Source of the DNA: the human T2T-CHM13v2.0 reference genome, Homo sapiens
DNA: 64,000 nucleotides
Reading direction: 5' to 3' (one strand)
NCBI RefSeq assembly: GCF_009914755.1
Contig: NC_060940.1
Shown: positions 12,191 through 27,300 of the stretch, in pieces
How the letters are laid out: the number at the start of each line of letters is the position of its first letter
Numbering within the stretch: position 1 is the stretch's first letter
The notes under the pieces: model-generated
Told to the model about the DNA's origin: nothing
What the model saw: the letters and a program-made list of their open reading frames with translations, nothing else
The model's database searches: none
Translations under genes and position numbers: made by a program

Positions 12191-15100
12191 TCCATTCTGT
12201 GATGATTCCATGTGATTGCATTCAATGATGATTCCTTTCGATTGCATTCGATTATGATTCATTTCGTCTTCATTCTATGGTTCCACAGGTTTCCATTCGT
12301 GTCCATTCCATTATTCCATTCTATTCCATTTGATGATGATTCCATTCGATTCCATTCATTGGTGATTCCACTCAATTCCATTCAATGATTCCATTCCATT
12401 TCTTTCAACAATGATTCCATTAGTTTCTAATCGATGATCCACTTGATTCCATTTGACGACGATTCCATTCTTGTCCATTCGATGATTCCATTTGATTCCA
12501 TATGATGATGATTCCATTCGATTCCATACCATGATGATTCCATTCGAGTCCATTCAATGGTGATTCCATTCAATTCCATTCGATGATTCCTTTCGATTCC
12601 ATTCGATGATGATGGCATTCGATTCCTTTCAATCATTCCCTTTGATTCCATTCAAAGGTGATTTCATTCAAGTCCATTCGATAATTGCATTCGATTCCAT
12701 TCTATGATGATTCCATTCGAGTCCATTTGATGATTCCATTCAATTCAAGTCAATGATGATTCCATTCGATTCCATTCGATGATTCCATTGGATTCCATTC
12801 GATGATGATTCCATTCAAATCCATTCGATAATTCAATTCAAGTCCATTCGATGATGATTCCAATCGAATCCATTCAAAGATTCCATTCAGTTCCATTCGA
12901 TGATTCCCTTGGATTCCATTCGATGATTCCACTTGATTGCATTTACGATGATTCCATTCGATTCCATGTGATGATTCCATTCAATTCTATTCAATGATGT
13001 CTCCATTTGATTCCATTCGACCATGATTGCCTTTGATTCCATTCAATGATTCCATTCGGTTCCGTTTGATGATGATTCCGTTCGATTCCATTTGATGATT
13101 CCATTTGATTCCATTGGATGAGTCCATTCGATTACATTCGATGATTATTCCATTCGAGTGCATTAGATGATTCCATTCGAGTCCATTCGATGATTCCATT
13201 CGATTCCATTCGATGTTGATTCTGTTCAAATCCATTCGATGATTCCACTCGATTCCATTCGTTGACTCCATTTGATCCCATTCGATGATTTCCTTTGATT
13301 CCCTTTGATGATCATTCCATTTGATTCAATTCGGTGATTTCATTTGATTCCATTCAGTGATGTTTCCATTCGACTCCATTCGATGATGATTCCATTCGAC
13401 TCCATTCGATTATGATTTCATTCAATTCCATTCGATAATGATTCCCTTCGAGTCCATTCGATGATTCCATTCGATTCCATTCAACGATGATTTGATTCGT
13501 GTCCATTCGATGATTCCATTTGATTCCACTTGATGATGATTCCATTCGAGTCCATTTGATGATTCCATTCAATTCCATACTCCGATGATTTCTTTTGAGC
13601 CCACTCAATGCTTCCACTCGATTCCATATGATGATGACTCCATTCGATGAAATTCGATGATGATTCCATTCGCTTGCTTTCGATGATGATTCCACTTGAG
13701 TCCGTTAGAAGATTCTATTCAATTACATTCCATGACGATTCCGTTCGAGTCCATTTGATGATTCCATTAGACTCCATTCGACGATGATTCCATTCGATGT
13801 TATTCCATGATTCCATTCGATCTCATTCGATGATGATTCCATTCAACTCCATTCGATGTTTCCATTCGAGTTCATTCTATTATTCCATTAGATTCCATTC
13901 GATGATGATTCCATTCGATTCCATTTGATGATTGCATTCTATTTCATTTGATGATGATTCCATTCGAGTCCACTCGATGATTCCATTCGAGTCCATTTAA
14001 TGAATCCATTGGTTTCAATTCTATGATGATTACATTGGATTCCATTCGTTGATGATTTCATTCAGTTCCATTCAATGATGATTCCATTCAATTCCTTTCA
14101 ATGTTTCCATTCAATTCCATACGATGATGATTCCATTTGATTTGATTCGACAGTGAGCCATTCGATTCAATTTCATGATGATTCTATTTATTCAATTGGT
14201 TGACATTTCCATTCGATTCCATTCGATGATGATTCCCTTTGATTCCATTCAAAGATGATTCCATTCTAGCCCATTCAATCATTCCATTCGATTCTATTCA
14301 ATGATGATTCCATTCATGTCGATTTGGTGATTCTATTTGACTTCATTTGATGATGATTCCTTTCAAGTTCATTAGATGATTCCATTCGATTCCATTTGAT
14401 GATGATCCCATTCGAGTCCATTCAGTGATTCCATTCGTTTCCATTCCATGATGATTCCATTACTTTCCATTCAATGATTCCATTCGATTCCGTTTGATGA
14501 TGATTTCATTCGAGTCCATTTGATGATTCCATTTGATTCCATTCGATGATGATTCCATTCGAGTCCATTCGATGATTCTATTCGAATCCATTTGATGATT
14601 TCTTTTGATTATATTTGGTGATGATTCCATTGGAGTCCATTCAATGATTCCATTCTATTCCAATCGATGATGATTCCATTAGAGTCCATTTAATGATTCC
14701 ATTTGATTCCAGTCTCTGATGATTACATTCGAGTCCATACGATGATTCCACTCAATTCCATATGATGATGATTCCATTCGATTCCATTCGGTGATTCCAT
14801 TCTATTCTATTCAGTGGTGATTCCATTCGAGTACATTAGATGATTCCATTCGATTCCATTCAATGATGATTCTATTTGTGTCCCTTAGATGATTCCACAT
14901 GATTCCATTAGATGATGATACTATTTGAGCCCATCCAATGATTCCCTTCGATTCCATTCGATGAGGATTCCATTCGATTCAATTCATTGGTGATTCTATT
15001 CAATTCAATTCTTTGATTCCATTCCATTCCATTCGACAATGATTCCATTCGATTTCTTTCGATGATTCCACTCGATTCCACTTGACATTGATTCCCTTCG

Positions 15101-18100
15101 ATTCCATTCAATGATTCCATTTGATTCCAGTGGATGATGATTGCCATCAATTCCATTCGATCACTCCATTCTATTCCATTTGATGATGATTACATTCGAT
15201 TCCATTTGACGATTCCATCTGATTCTATTCGAGGATTCCATTTGATTCCATTCGATGATGATTCCATTCGAGTCCATTCGATGATTTCATTCGAGTACAT
15301 CCAATGATTCCATTCGAGTCCATTTGATGATTCCATTTGATTCCATTTGATTATGATTCTACTAGAGTCCATTCAATGACTCCATTCGAGTCCATTCAAC
15401 AATTCCATTCGACTCCATTCGATGATTCCATTCGATTCCATTTGATGATTCCATTCGAGTCCATTTAATCATTACAGTCGAGTCCATTTGGTGATTCCGC
15501 TGGATTTCCTTTGATAATGATACCATTCGATTACATTTGATGATGATCCCATTCAATTTCATTTGATGATGATTCCATTAGAGTCCATTCGATGATTTTA
15601 TTCGAGTCCCTTCATTGATTCCATCCGATTTCATTGGATGATGACTCCATTCGAGTCCATTCGATGATTCCACTCGATTCCATTAGATGATTCCATTGGA
15701 GTCCATTTGATTGTTCCATTCGATTCCATTCGATTCCTTTCGAAGATTATTCCATTTGAGTCCATTCGATGATGATTCCATTCCATTCCATTCGATGATT
15801 CCGTTTGATTCCATTCGATGATTCCCTTCGATTCCTTTCTTTGATGATTCCATTCCATTCCATTCAATGATTCCATTCGAATCTATTCCATGATGATTCC
15901 TTTCGATTCCATTCGCTGATGTTTCCGTTCAATTCCATTCGATGATGATTCCATTCGATTCCATTCATTGAGGATTCCATTTGATTCCATTCAATGATGA
16001 TTCCATTCTATTCCATTCAATGATTGCATTCAATTCCATTCAATGATTATCCCATTAGAGTAAACTCAACGATTCCATTCAATACCATTCGATGATGATT
16101 CCTTTTGAGTCCATTCAATGATTTCATTCAAGTCCATTTGATGATTCCTTTCAATTCCATTCTATGATGATTCCATTCGAGTCCATTCGATGATTCCATT
16201 CGATTGCATTCGATGATTCCATTATATTCCATTCAACGATGATTCCATTCGAGTCCATTCGATGATTCCATTAGAGTACATTTAATGATTGCTTTGTTTT
16301 CAATTCGAAGATGATTACATTCGATTCCATTCTATGATACCATTCGTTTCCATTCAATGATGACTCCACTCAAATCCATTGGATGATTCCATTCGTGTCC
16401 ATTCGGTGATTTCATTAGATTCCATTCGAGGATGATTCCATTCGATTCCATTCGATGATTCCATTCAATTCCATTCGATGATGATTCCATTCGAGTCCAT
16501 ATGATCATTCCATTTGATTTCATTCGATGATGATTCCATTCGATTCCATTCGACGATTCCATTCTATTCCATTCGATGATGATTCCATTCGAGTCCATTC
16601 GATGATTCCATTCGAGTCCATTTAATGATTCCATTGGGTTCAATTCAATGATGATTACATTGGATTCCGTTCTATGATTCCATTCAATTCCGTTCATTGA
16701 CAATTTGATTCCATTCGATGATGATTCCATTTGAGTTCATTCGATGATTCTATTCGATTCTCTTCGATGGTGATTCAATTCTATTATATTGGATGATTCC
16801 ATTTGATGTTGATTCAATTCGATTCTATTCGATGATGATTCCATTGGATTTCACTTGATGATTCTATTCGATTCCATTCAATGATGATTCACTTCTCGTC
16901 CATTGGATGATTCCATTTCATTCCATTCGATGATGATTCCATTCGATTCCATTCGATGATTCCATTTGATTCCATGCGACGGTGAGCAATTCGATTCAAT
17001 TCCATGATGATTCTATTTGATTCAATTAGATGATGTTTCCATTCGAATCCATTCCATGATTATTCCATTGGAATCCATTCGGCGATGATTCCATATGAGA
17101 CAATTCAATGATGATTCCATATGAGTCAATTCAATGATGATTCCATATGGGTCCGTTCGATGATAATTCCATTTGATTTCATTCGATGCTTCTATTCAAT
17201 TCCAGTCGATGATGATTCCGTTGGAGTCCATACGATGATTCCATTTGATTTCATTTCATGATGATTCCATTCGGTGACGATTACATTGGATTCCATTCTA
17301 TGATTCCATTCAATTCCATTCGTTGATGATTCGATTCCATTCAATGATGATTCCATTTGAGTTCATTCGGTGATTCTATTCGATTCCATTCTATGGTGAT
17401 TCAATTCTCTTATATTGGATGATTCGACTCGATTCCATTTGATGATTATTCCATTGGAGTCCACTTAGTGAATCCTTTAGATTCTACTCGAAGATGATTC
17501 CATTCGAGTCCATTCGATGATACCATTCAATTCCATTCGTTGATGCTTCCATTCAAGTGCATTCGATGATATCATTCGATTCCATTTGATGATAATTCCA
17601 TTTGATTCCATGCGATGATTCTATTCGATTCCATTCAATGATAATTCCATTCAATTCAGTGATTCCTCTGGACTCCATTTGATGATGATTCCATTCAATG
17701 ATTCCATTCGATTCTATTCGAAAATGATTACATTTGAATCCATTTGATGACGATTCCATTCCATTCCATTTGATGATTCCATACTATTCTATTCGATGAT
17801 GATTCCATTCGATTCCATTCGATGATGATTGGATTCGATTCCATTTGATGATTTCATTTGATTCCATTCGTTAATGATTTCGATCAATTCCATTCGATGA
17901 TTCCATTCGATTCCATTCGATAATGATTACATCCGAGTCCATTCGATGATTCCATTTGAGCCTGTTCGATAATTCCATTTGAGTCCAACCAATGATTCCA
18001 TTCATTTCCATTCAATGATTCCATTCGAGTCCATTTGATCATTCCGGTAGGGTCCATTCGATGTTGATTCCATTGGAGTGCATTCGATGATTCCATTCGA

Positions 18101-21100
18101 GTCCATTTTAGGATTTGATTCGAGTCCTTTCGATGATTCCATTCGATTCCACTCGATGATGATTTCATTCGAGTCCATTCGACACTTCCAATCGATTCCA
18201 TTTGATGATTCCATTCGAGTCCTATTGATGATTCCATTCAATTCCATTCGATGATGATTCCGTACGATTCCATTCTGTGATGATTCCATGTGATTGCATT
18301 CAATGATGATTCCTTTCGATTGCATTCGATTATGATTCATTTCGTCTTCATTCTATGGTTCCACAGGTTTCCATTCGTGTCCATTCCATTATTCCATTCT
18401 ATTCCATTTGATGATGATTCCATTCGATTCCATTCATTGGTGATTCCACTCAATTCCATTCAATGATTCCATTCCATTTCTTTCAACAATGATTCCATTA
18501 GTTTCTAATCGATGATCCACTTGATTCCATTTGACGACGATTCCATTCTTGTCCATTCGATGATTCCATTTGATTCCATATGATGATGATTCCATTCGAT
18601 TCCATACCATGATGATTCCATTCGAGTCCATTCAATGGTGATTCCATTCAATTCCATTCGATGATTCCTTTCGATTCCATTCGATGATGATGGCATTCGA
18701 TTCCTTTCAATCATTCCCTTTGATTCCATTCAAAGGTGATTTCATTCAAGTCCATTCGATAATTGCATTCGATTCCATTCTATGATGATTCCATTCGAGT
18801 CCATTTGATGATTCCATTCAATTCAAGTCAATGATGATTCCATTCGATTCCATTCGATGATTCCATTGGATTCCATTCGATGATGATTCCATTCAAATCC
18901 ATTCGATAATTCAATTCAAGTCCATTCGATGATGATTCCAATCGAATCCATTCAAAGATTCCATTCAGTTCCATTCGATGATTCCCTTGGATTCCATTCG
19001 ATGATTCCACTTGATTGCATTTACGATGATTCCATTCGATTCCATGTGATGATTCCATTCAATTCTATTCAATGATGTCTCCATTTGATTCCATTCGACC
19101 ATGATTGCCTTTGATTCCATTCAATGATTCCATTCGGTTCCGTTTGATGATGATTCCGTTCGATTCCATTTGATGATTCCATTTGATTCCATTGGATGAG
19201 TCCATTCGATTACATTCGATGATTATTCCATTCGAGTGCATTAGATGATTCCATTCGAGTCCATTCGATGATTCCATTCGATTCCATTCGATGTTGATTC
19301 TGTTCAAATCCATTCGATGATTCCACTCGATTCCATTCGTTGACTCCATTTGATCCCATTCGATGATTTCCTTTGATTCCCTTTGATGATCATTCCATTT
19401 GATTCAATTCGGTGATTTCATTTGATTCCATTCAGTGATGTTTCCATTCGACTCCATTCGATGATGATTCCATTCGACTCCATTCGATTATGATTTCATT
19501 CAATTCCATTCGATAATGATTCCCTTCGAGTCCATTCGATGATTCCATTCGATTCCATTCAACGATGATTTGATTCGTGTCCATTCGATGATTCCATTTG
19601 ATTCCACTTGATGATGATTCCATTCGAGTCCATTTGATGATTCCATTCAATTCCATACTCCGATGATTTCTTTTGAGCCCACTCAATGCTTCCACTCGAT
19701 TCCATATGATGATGACTCCATTCGATGAAATTCGATGATGATTCCATTCGCTTGCTTTCGATGATGATTCCACTTGAGTCCGTTAGAAGATTCTATTCAA
19801 TTACATTCCATGACGATTCCGTTCGAGTCCATTTGATGATTCCATTAGACTCCATTCGACGATGATTCCATTCGATGTTATTCCATGATTCCATTCGATC
19901 TCATTCGATGATGATTCCATTCAACTCCATTCGATGTTTCCATTCGAGTTCATTCTATTATTCCATTAGATTCCATTCGATGATGATTCCATTCGATTCC
20001 ATTTGATGATTGCATTCTATTTCATTTGATGATGATTCCATTCGAGTCCACTCGATGATTCCATTCGAGTCCATTTAATGAATCCATTGGTTTCAATTCT
20101 ATGATGATTACATTGGATTCCATTCGTTGATGATTTCATTCAGTTCCATTCAATGATGATTCCATTCAATTCCTTTCAATGTTTCCATTCAATTCCATAC
20201 GATGATGATTCCATTTGATTTGATTCGACAGTGAGCCATTCGATTCAATTTCATGATGATTCTATTTATTCAATTGGTTGACATTTCCATTCGATTCCAT
20301 TCGATGATGATTCCCTTTGATTCCATTCAAAGATGATTCCATTCTAGCCCATTCAATCATTCCATTCGATTCTATTCAATGATGATTCCATTCATGTCGA
20401 TTTGGTGATTCTATTTGACTTCATTTGATGATGATTCCTTTCAAGTTCATTAGATGATTCCATTCGATTCCATTTGATGATGATCCCATTCGAGTCCATT
20501 CAGTGATTCCATTCGTTTCCATTCCATGATGATTCCATTACTTTCCATTCAATGATTCCATTCGATTCCGTTTGATGATGATTTCATTCGAGTCCATTTG
20601 ATGATTCCATTTGATTCCATTCGATGATGATTCCATTCGAGTCCATTCGATGATTCTATTCGAATCCATTTGATGATTTCTTTTGATTATATTTGGTGAT
20701 GATTCCATTGGAGTCCATTCAATGATTCCATTCTATTCCAATCGATGATGATTCCATTAGAGTCCATTTAATGATTCCATTTGATTCCAGTCTCTGATGA
20801 TTACATTCGAGTCCATACGATGATTCCACTCAATTCCATATGATGATGATTCCATTCGATTCCATTCGGTGATTCCATTCTATTCTATTCAGTGGTGATT
20901 CCATTCGAGTACATTAGATGATTCCATTCGATTCCATTCAATGATGATTCTATTTGTGTCCCTTAGATGATTCCACATGATTCCATTAGATGATGATACT
21001 ATTTGAGCCCATCCAATGATTCCCTTCGATTCCATTCGATGAGGATTCCATTCGATTCAATTCATTGGTGATTCTATTCAATTCAATTCTTTGATTCCAT

Positions 21101-22073
21101 TCCATTCCATTCGACAATGATTCCATTCGATTTCTTTCGATGATTCCACTCGATTCCACTTGACATTGATTCCCTTCGATTCCATTCAATGATTCCATTT
21201 GATTCCAGTGGATGATGATTGCCATCAATTCCATTCGATCACTCCATTCTATTCCATTTGATGATGATTACATTCGATTCCATTTGACGATTCCATCTGA
21301 TTCTATTCGAGGATTCCATTTGATTCCATTCGATGATGATTCCATTCGAGTCCATTCGATGATTTCATTCGAGTACATCCAATGATTCCATTCGAGTCCA
21401 TTTGATGATTCCATTTGATTCCATTTGATTATGATTCTACTAGAGTCCATTCAATGACTCCATTCGAGTCCATTCAACAATTCCATTCGACTCCATTCGA
21501 TGATTCCATTCGATTCCATTTGATGATTCCATTCGAGTCCATTTAATCATTACAGTCGAGTCCATTTGGTGATTCCGCTGGATTTCCTTTGATAATGATA
21601 CCATTCGATTACATTTGATGATGATCCCATTCAATTTCATTTGATGATGATTCCATTAGAGTCCATTCGATGATTTTATTCGAGTCCCTTCATTGATTCC
21701 ATCCGATTTCATTGGATGATGACTCCATTCGAGTCCATTCGATGATTCCACTCGATTCCATTAGATGATTCCATTGGAGTCCATTTGATTGTTCCATTCG
21801 ATTCCATTCGATTCCTTTCGAAGATTATTCCATTTGAGTCCATTCGATGATGATTCCATTCCATTCCATTCGATGATTCCGTTTGATTCCATTCGATGAT
21901 TCCCTTCGATTCCTTTCTTTGATGATTCCATTCCATTCCATTCAATGATTCCATTCGAATCTATTCCATGATGATTCCTTTCGATTCCATTCGCTGATGT
22001 TTCCGTTCAATTCCATTCGATGATGATTCCATTCGATTCCATTCATTGAGGATTCCATTTGATTCCATTCAAT
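9072..22073 (+). repeat. Recent tandem duplication with 6078-bp period
   Basis: Sequence at x and x+6078 looks identical by eye from 9072 to ~15995, including rare indels and SNVs. It is bounded by differences at 9071/15149 and by the 3-bp deletion at ~22075. Confidence 0.8.
12191..18268 (+). repeat. HSat2 monomer 3 (6078 bp)
   Basis: Landmark recurs at 18269. Carries the same four indels as monomer 2. Confidence 0.93.
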
Positions 22074-24327
22074 GATTCCATTCTATTCCATTCAATGATT
22101 GCATTCAATTCCATTCAATGATTATCCCATTAGAGTAAACTCAACGATTCCATTCAATACCATTCGATGATGATTCCTTTTGAGTCCATTCAATGATTTC
22201 ATTCAAGTCCATTTGATGATTCCTTTCAATTCCATTCTATGATGATTCCATTCGAGTCCATTCGATGATTCCATTCGATTGCATTCGATGATTCCATTAT
22301 ATTCCATTCAACGATGATTCCATTCGAGTCCATTCGATGATTCCATTAGAGTACATTTAATGATTGCTTTGTTTTCAATTCGAAGATGATTACATTCGAT
22401 TCCATTCTATGATACCATTCGATTCCATTCAATGATGACTCCACTCAAATCCATTGGATGATTCCATTCGTGTCCATTCGGTGATTTCATTAGATTCCAT
22501 TCGAGGATGATTCCATTCGATTCCATTCGATGATTCCATTCAATTCCATTCGATGATGATTCCATTCGAGTCCATATGATCATTCCATTTGATTTCATTC
22601 GATGATGATTCCATTCGATTCCATTCGACGATTCCATTCTATTCCATTCGATGATGATTCCATTCGAGTCCATTCGATGATTCCATTCGAGTCCATTTAA
22701 TGATTCCATTGGGTTCAATTCAATGATGATTACATTGGATTCCGTTCTATGATTCCATTCAATTCCGTTCATTGACAATTTGATTCCATTCGATGATGAT
22801 TCCATTTGAGTTCATTCGATGATTCTATTCGATTCTCTTCGATGGTGATTCAATTCTATTATATTGGATGATTCCATTCGATTCCATTTGATGTTGATTC
22901 AATTCGATTCTATTCGATGATGATTCCATTGGATTTCACTTGATGATTCTATTCGATTCCATTCAATGATGATTCACTTCTCGTCCATTGGATGATTCCA
23001 TTTCATTCCATTCGATGATGATTCCATTCGATTCCATTCGATGATTCCATTTGATTCCATGCGACGGTGAGCAATTCGATTCAATTCCATGATGATTCTA
23101 TTTGATTCAATTAGATGATGTTTCCATTCGAATCCATTCCATGATTATTCCATTGGAATCCATTCGGCGATGATTCCATATGAGTCAATTCAATGATGAT
23201 TCCATATGGGTCCGTTCGATGATAATTCCATTTGATTTCATTCGATGCTTCTATTCAATTCCAGTCGATGATGATTCCGTTGGAGTCCATACGATGATTC
23301 CATTTGATTTCATTTCATGATGATTCCATTCGATGACGATTACATTGGATTCCATTCTATGATTCCATTCAATTCCATTCGTTGATGATACGATTCCATT
23401 CAATGATGATTCCATTTGAGTTCATTCGGTGATTCTATTCGATTCCATTCTATGGTGATTCAATTCTCTTATATTGGATGATTCGACTCGATTCCATTTG
23501 ATGATTATTCCATTGGAGTCCACTTAGTGAATCCTTTAGATTCTACTCGACGATGATTCCATTCGAGTCCATTCGATGATACCATTCAATTCCATTCGTT
23601 GATGCTTCCATTCAAGTGCATTCGATGATATCATTCGATTCCATTTGATGATAATTCCATTTGATTCCATGCGATGATTCTATTCGATTCCATTCAATGA
23701 TAATTCCATTCAATTCAGTGATTCCTCTGGACTCCATTTGATGATGATTCCATTCAATGATTCCATTCGATTCTATTCGAAAATGATTACATTTGAATCC
23801 ATTTGATGACGATTCCATTCCATTCCATTTGATGATTCCATACTATTCTATTCGATGATGATTCCATTCGATTCCATTCGATGATGATTGGATTCGATTC
23901 CATTTGATGATTTCATTTGATTCCATTCGTTAATGATTTCGATCAATTCCATTCGATGATTCCATTCGATTCCATTCGATAATGATTACATCCGAGTCCA
24001 TTCGATGATTCCATTTGAGCCTGTTCCATAATTCCATTTGAGTCCAACCAATGATTCCATTCATTTCCATTCAATGATTCCATTCGAGTCCATTTGATCA
24101 TTCCGGTAGGGTCCATTCGATGTTGATTCCATTGGAGTGCATTCGATGATTCCATTCGAGTCCATTTTAGGATTTGATTCGAGTCCTTTCGATGATTCCA
24201 TTCGATTCCACTCGATGATGATTTCATTCGAGTCCATTCGACACTTCCAATCGATTCCATTTGATGATTCCATTCGAGTCCTATTGATGATTCCATTCAA
24301 TTCCATTCGATGATGATTCCGTACGAT
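18269..24327 (+). repeat. HSat2 monomer 4 (6059 bp)
   Basis: Landmark recurs at 24328. Length = 6112 -1 (~20267) -3 (~22075) -49 (~23810). Lacks the 10-bp deletion and the 26-bp duplication. Confidence 0.93.
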
Positions 24328-27300
24328 TCCATTCTGTGATGATTCCATGTGATTGCATTCAATGATGATTCCTTTCGATTGCATTCGATTATGATTCATT
24401 TCGTCTTCATTCTATGGTTCCACAGGTTTCCATTCGTGTCCATTCCATTATTCCATTCTATTCCATTTGATGATGATTCCATTCGATTCCATTCATTGGT
24501 GATTCCACTCAATTCCATTCAATGATTCCATTCCATTTCTTTCAACAATGATTCCATTAGTTTCTAATCGATGATCCACTTGATTCCATTTGACGACGAT
24601 TCCATTCTTGTCCATTCGATGATTCCATTTGATTCCATATGATGATGATTCCATTCGATTCCATACCATGATGATTCCATTCGAGTCCATTCAATGGTGA
24701 TTCCATTCAATTCCATTCGATGATTCCTTTCGATTCCATTCGATGATGATGGCATTCGATTCCTTTCAATCATTCCCTTTGATTCCATTCAAAGGTGATT
24801 TCATTCAAGTCCATTCGATAATTGCATTCGATTCCATTCTATGATGATTCCATTCGAGTCCATTTGATGATTCCATTCAATTCAAGTCAATGATGATTCC
24901 ATTCGATTCCATTCGATGATTCCATTGGATTCCATTCGATGATGATTCCATTCAAATCCATTCGATAATTCAATTCAAGTCCATTCGATGATGATTCCAA
25001 TCGAATCCATTCAAAGATTCCATTCAGTTCCATTCGATGATTCCCTTGGATTCCATTCGATGATTCCACTTGATTGCATTTACGATGATTCCATTCGATT
25101 CCATGTGATGATTCCATTCAATTCTATTCAATGATGTCTCCATTTGATTCCATTCGACCATGATTGCCTTTGATTCCATTCAATGATTCCATTCGGTTCC
25201 GTTTGATGATGATTCCGTTCGATTCCATTTGATGATTCCATTTGATTCCATTGGATGAGTCCATTCGATTACATTCGATGATTATTCCATTCGAGTGCAT
25301 TAGATGATTCCATTCGAGTCCATTCGATGATTCCATTCGATTCCATTCGATGTTGATTCTGTTCAAATCCATTCGATGATTCCACTCGATTCCATTCGTT
25401 GACTCCATTTGATCCCATTCGATGATTTCCTTTGATTCCCTTTGATGATCATTCCATTTGATTCAATTCGGTGATTTCATTTGATTCCATTCAGTGATGT
25501 TTCCATTCGACTCCATTCGATGATGATTCCATTCGACTCCATTCGATTATGATTTCATTCAATTCCATTCGATAATGATTCCCTTCGAGTCCATTCGATG
25601 ATTCCATTCGATTCCATTCAACGATGATTTGATTCGTGTCCATTCGATGATTCCATTTGATTCCACTTGATGATGATTCCATTCGAGTCCATTTGATGAT
25701 TCCATTCAATTCCATACTCCGATGATTTCTTTTGAGCCCACTCAATGCTTCCACTCGATTCCATATGATGATGACTCCATTCGATGAAATTCGATGATGA
25801 TTCCATTCGCTTGCTTTCGATGATGATTCCACTTGAGTCCGTTAGAAGATTCTATTCAATTACATTCCAGGACGATTCCGTTCGAGTCCGTTTGATGATT
25901 CCATTAGACTCCATTCGACGATGATTCCATTCGATGTTATTCCATGATTCCATTCGATCTCATTCGATGATGATTCCATTCAACTCCATTCGATGTTTCC
26001 ATTCGAGTTCATTCTATTATTCCATTAGATTCCATTCGATGATGATTCCATTCGATTCCATTTGATGATTGCATTCTATTTCATTTGATGATGATTCCAT
26101 TCGAGTCCACTCGATGATTCCATTCGAGTCCATTTAATGAATCCATTGGTTTCAATTCTATGATGATTACATTGGATTCCATTCGTTGATGATTTCATTC
26201 AGTTCCATTCAATGATGAATCCATTCAATTCCTTTCAATGTTTCCATTCAATTCCATACGATGATGATTCCATTTGATTTGATTCGACAGTGAGCCATTC
26301 GATTCAATTTCATGATGATTCTATTTATTCAATTGGTTGACATTTCCATTCGATTCCATTCGATGATGATTCCCTTTGATTCCATTCAAAGATGATTCCA
26401 TTCTAGCCCATTCAATCATTCCATTCGATTCTATTCAATGATGATTCCATTCATGTCGATTTGGTGATTCCATTTGACTTCATTTGATGATGATTCCTTT
26501 CAAGTTCATTAGATGATTCCATTCGATTCCATTTGATGATGATCCCATTCGAGTCCATTCAGTGATTCCATTCGTTTCCATTCCATGATGATTCCATTCC
26601 TTTCCATTCAATGATTCCATTCGATTCCGTTTGATGATGATTTCATTCGAGTCCATTTGATGATTCCATTTGATTCCATTCGATGATGATTCCATTCGAG
26701 TCCATTCGATGATTCTATTCGAATCCATTTGATGATTTCTTTTGATTATATTTGGTGATGATTCCATTGGAGTCCATTCAATGATTCCATTCTATTCCAA
26801 TCGATGATGATTCCATTAGAGTCCATTTAATGATTCCATTTGATTCCAGTCTCTGATGATTACATTCGAGTCCATACGATGATTCCACTCAATTCCATAT
26901 GATGATGATTCCATTTGATTCCATTCGGTGATTCCATTCTATTCTATTCAATGGTGATTCCATTCGAGTACATTAGATGATTCCATTCGATTCCATTCAA
27001 TGATGATTCTATTTGTGTCCCTTAGATGATTCCACATGATTCCATTAGATGATGATACTATTTGAGCCCATCCAATGATTCCCTTCGATTCCATTCGATG
27101 AGGATTCCATTCGATTCAATTCATTGGTGATTCTATTCAATTCAATTCTTTGATTCCATTCCATTCCATTAGACAATGATTCCATTCGATTTCTTTCGAT
27201 GATTCCACTCGATTCCACTTGACATTGATTCCATTCGATTCCATTCAATGATTCCATTTGATTCCAGTGGATGATGATTGCCATCGATTCCATTCGATCA

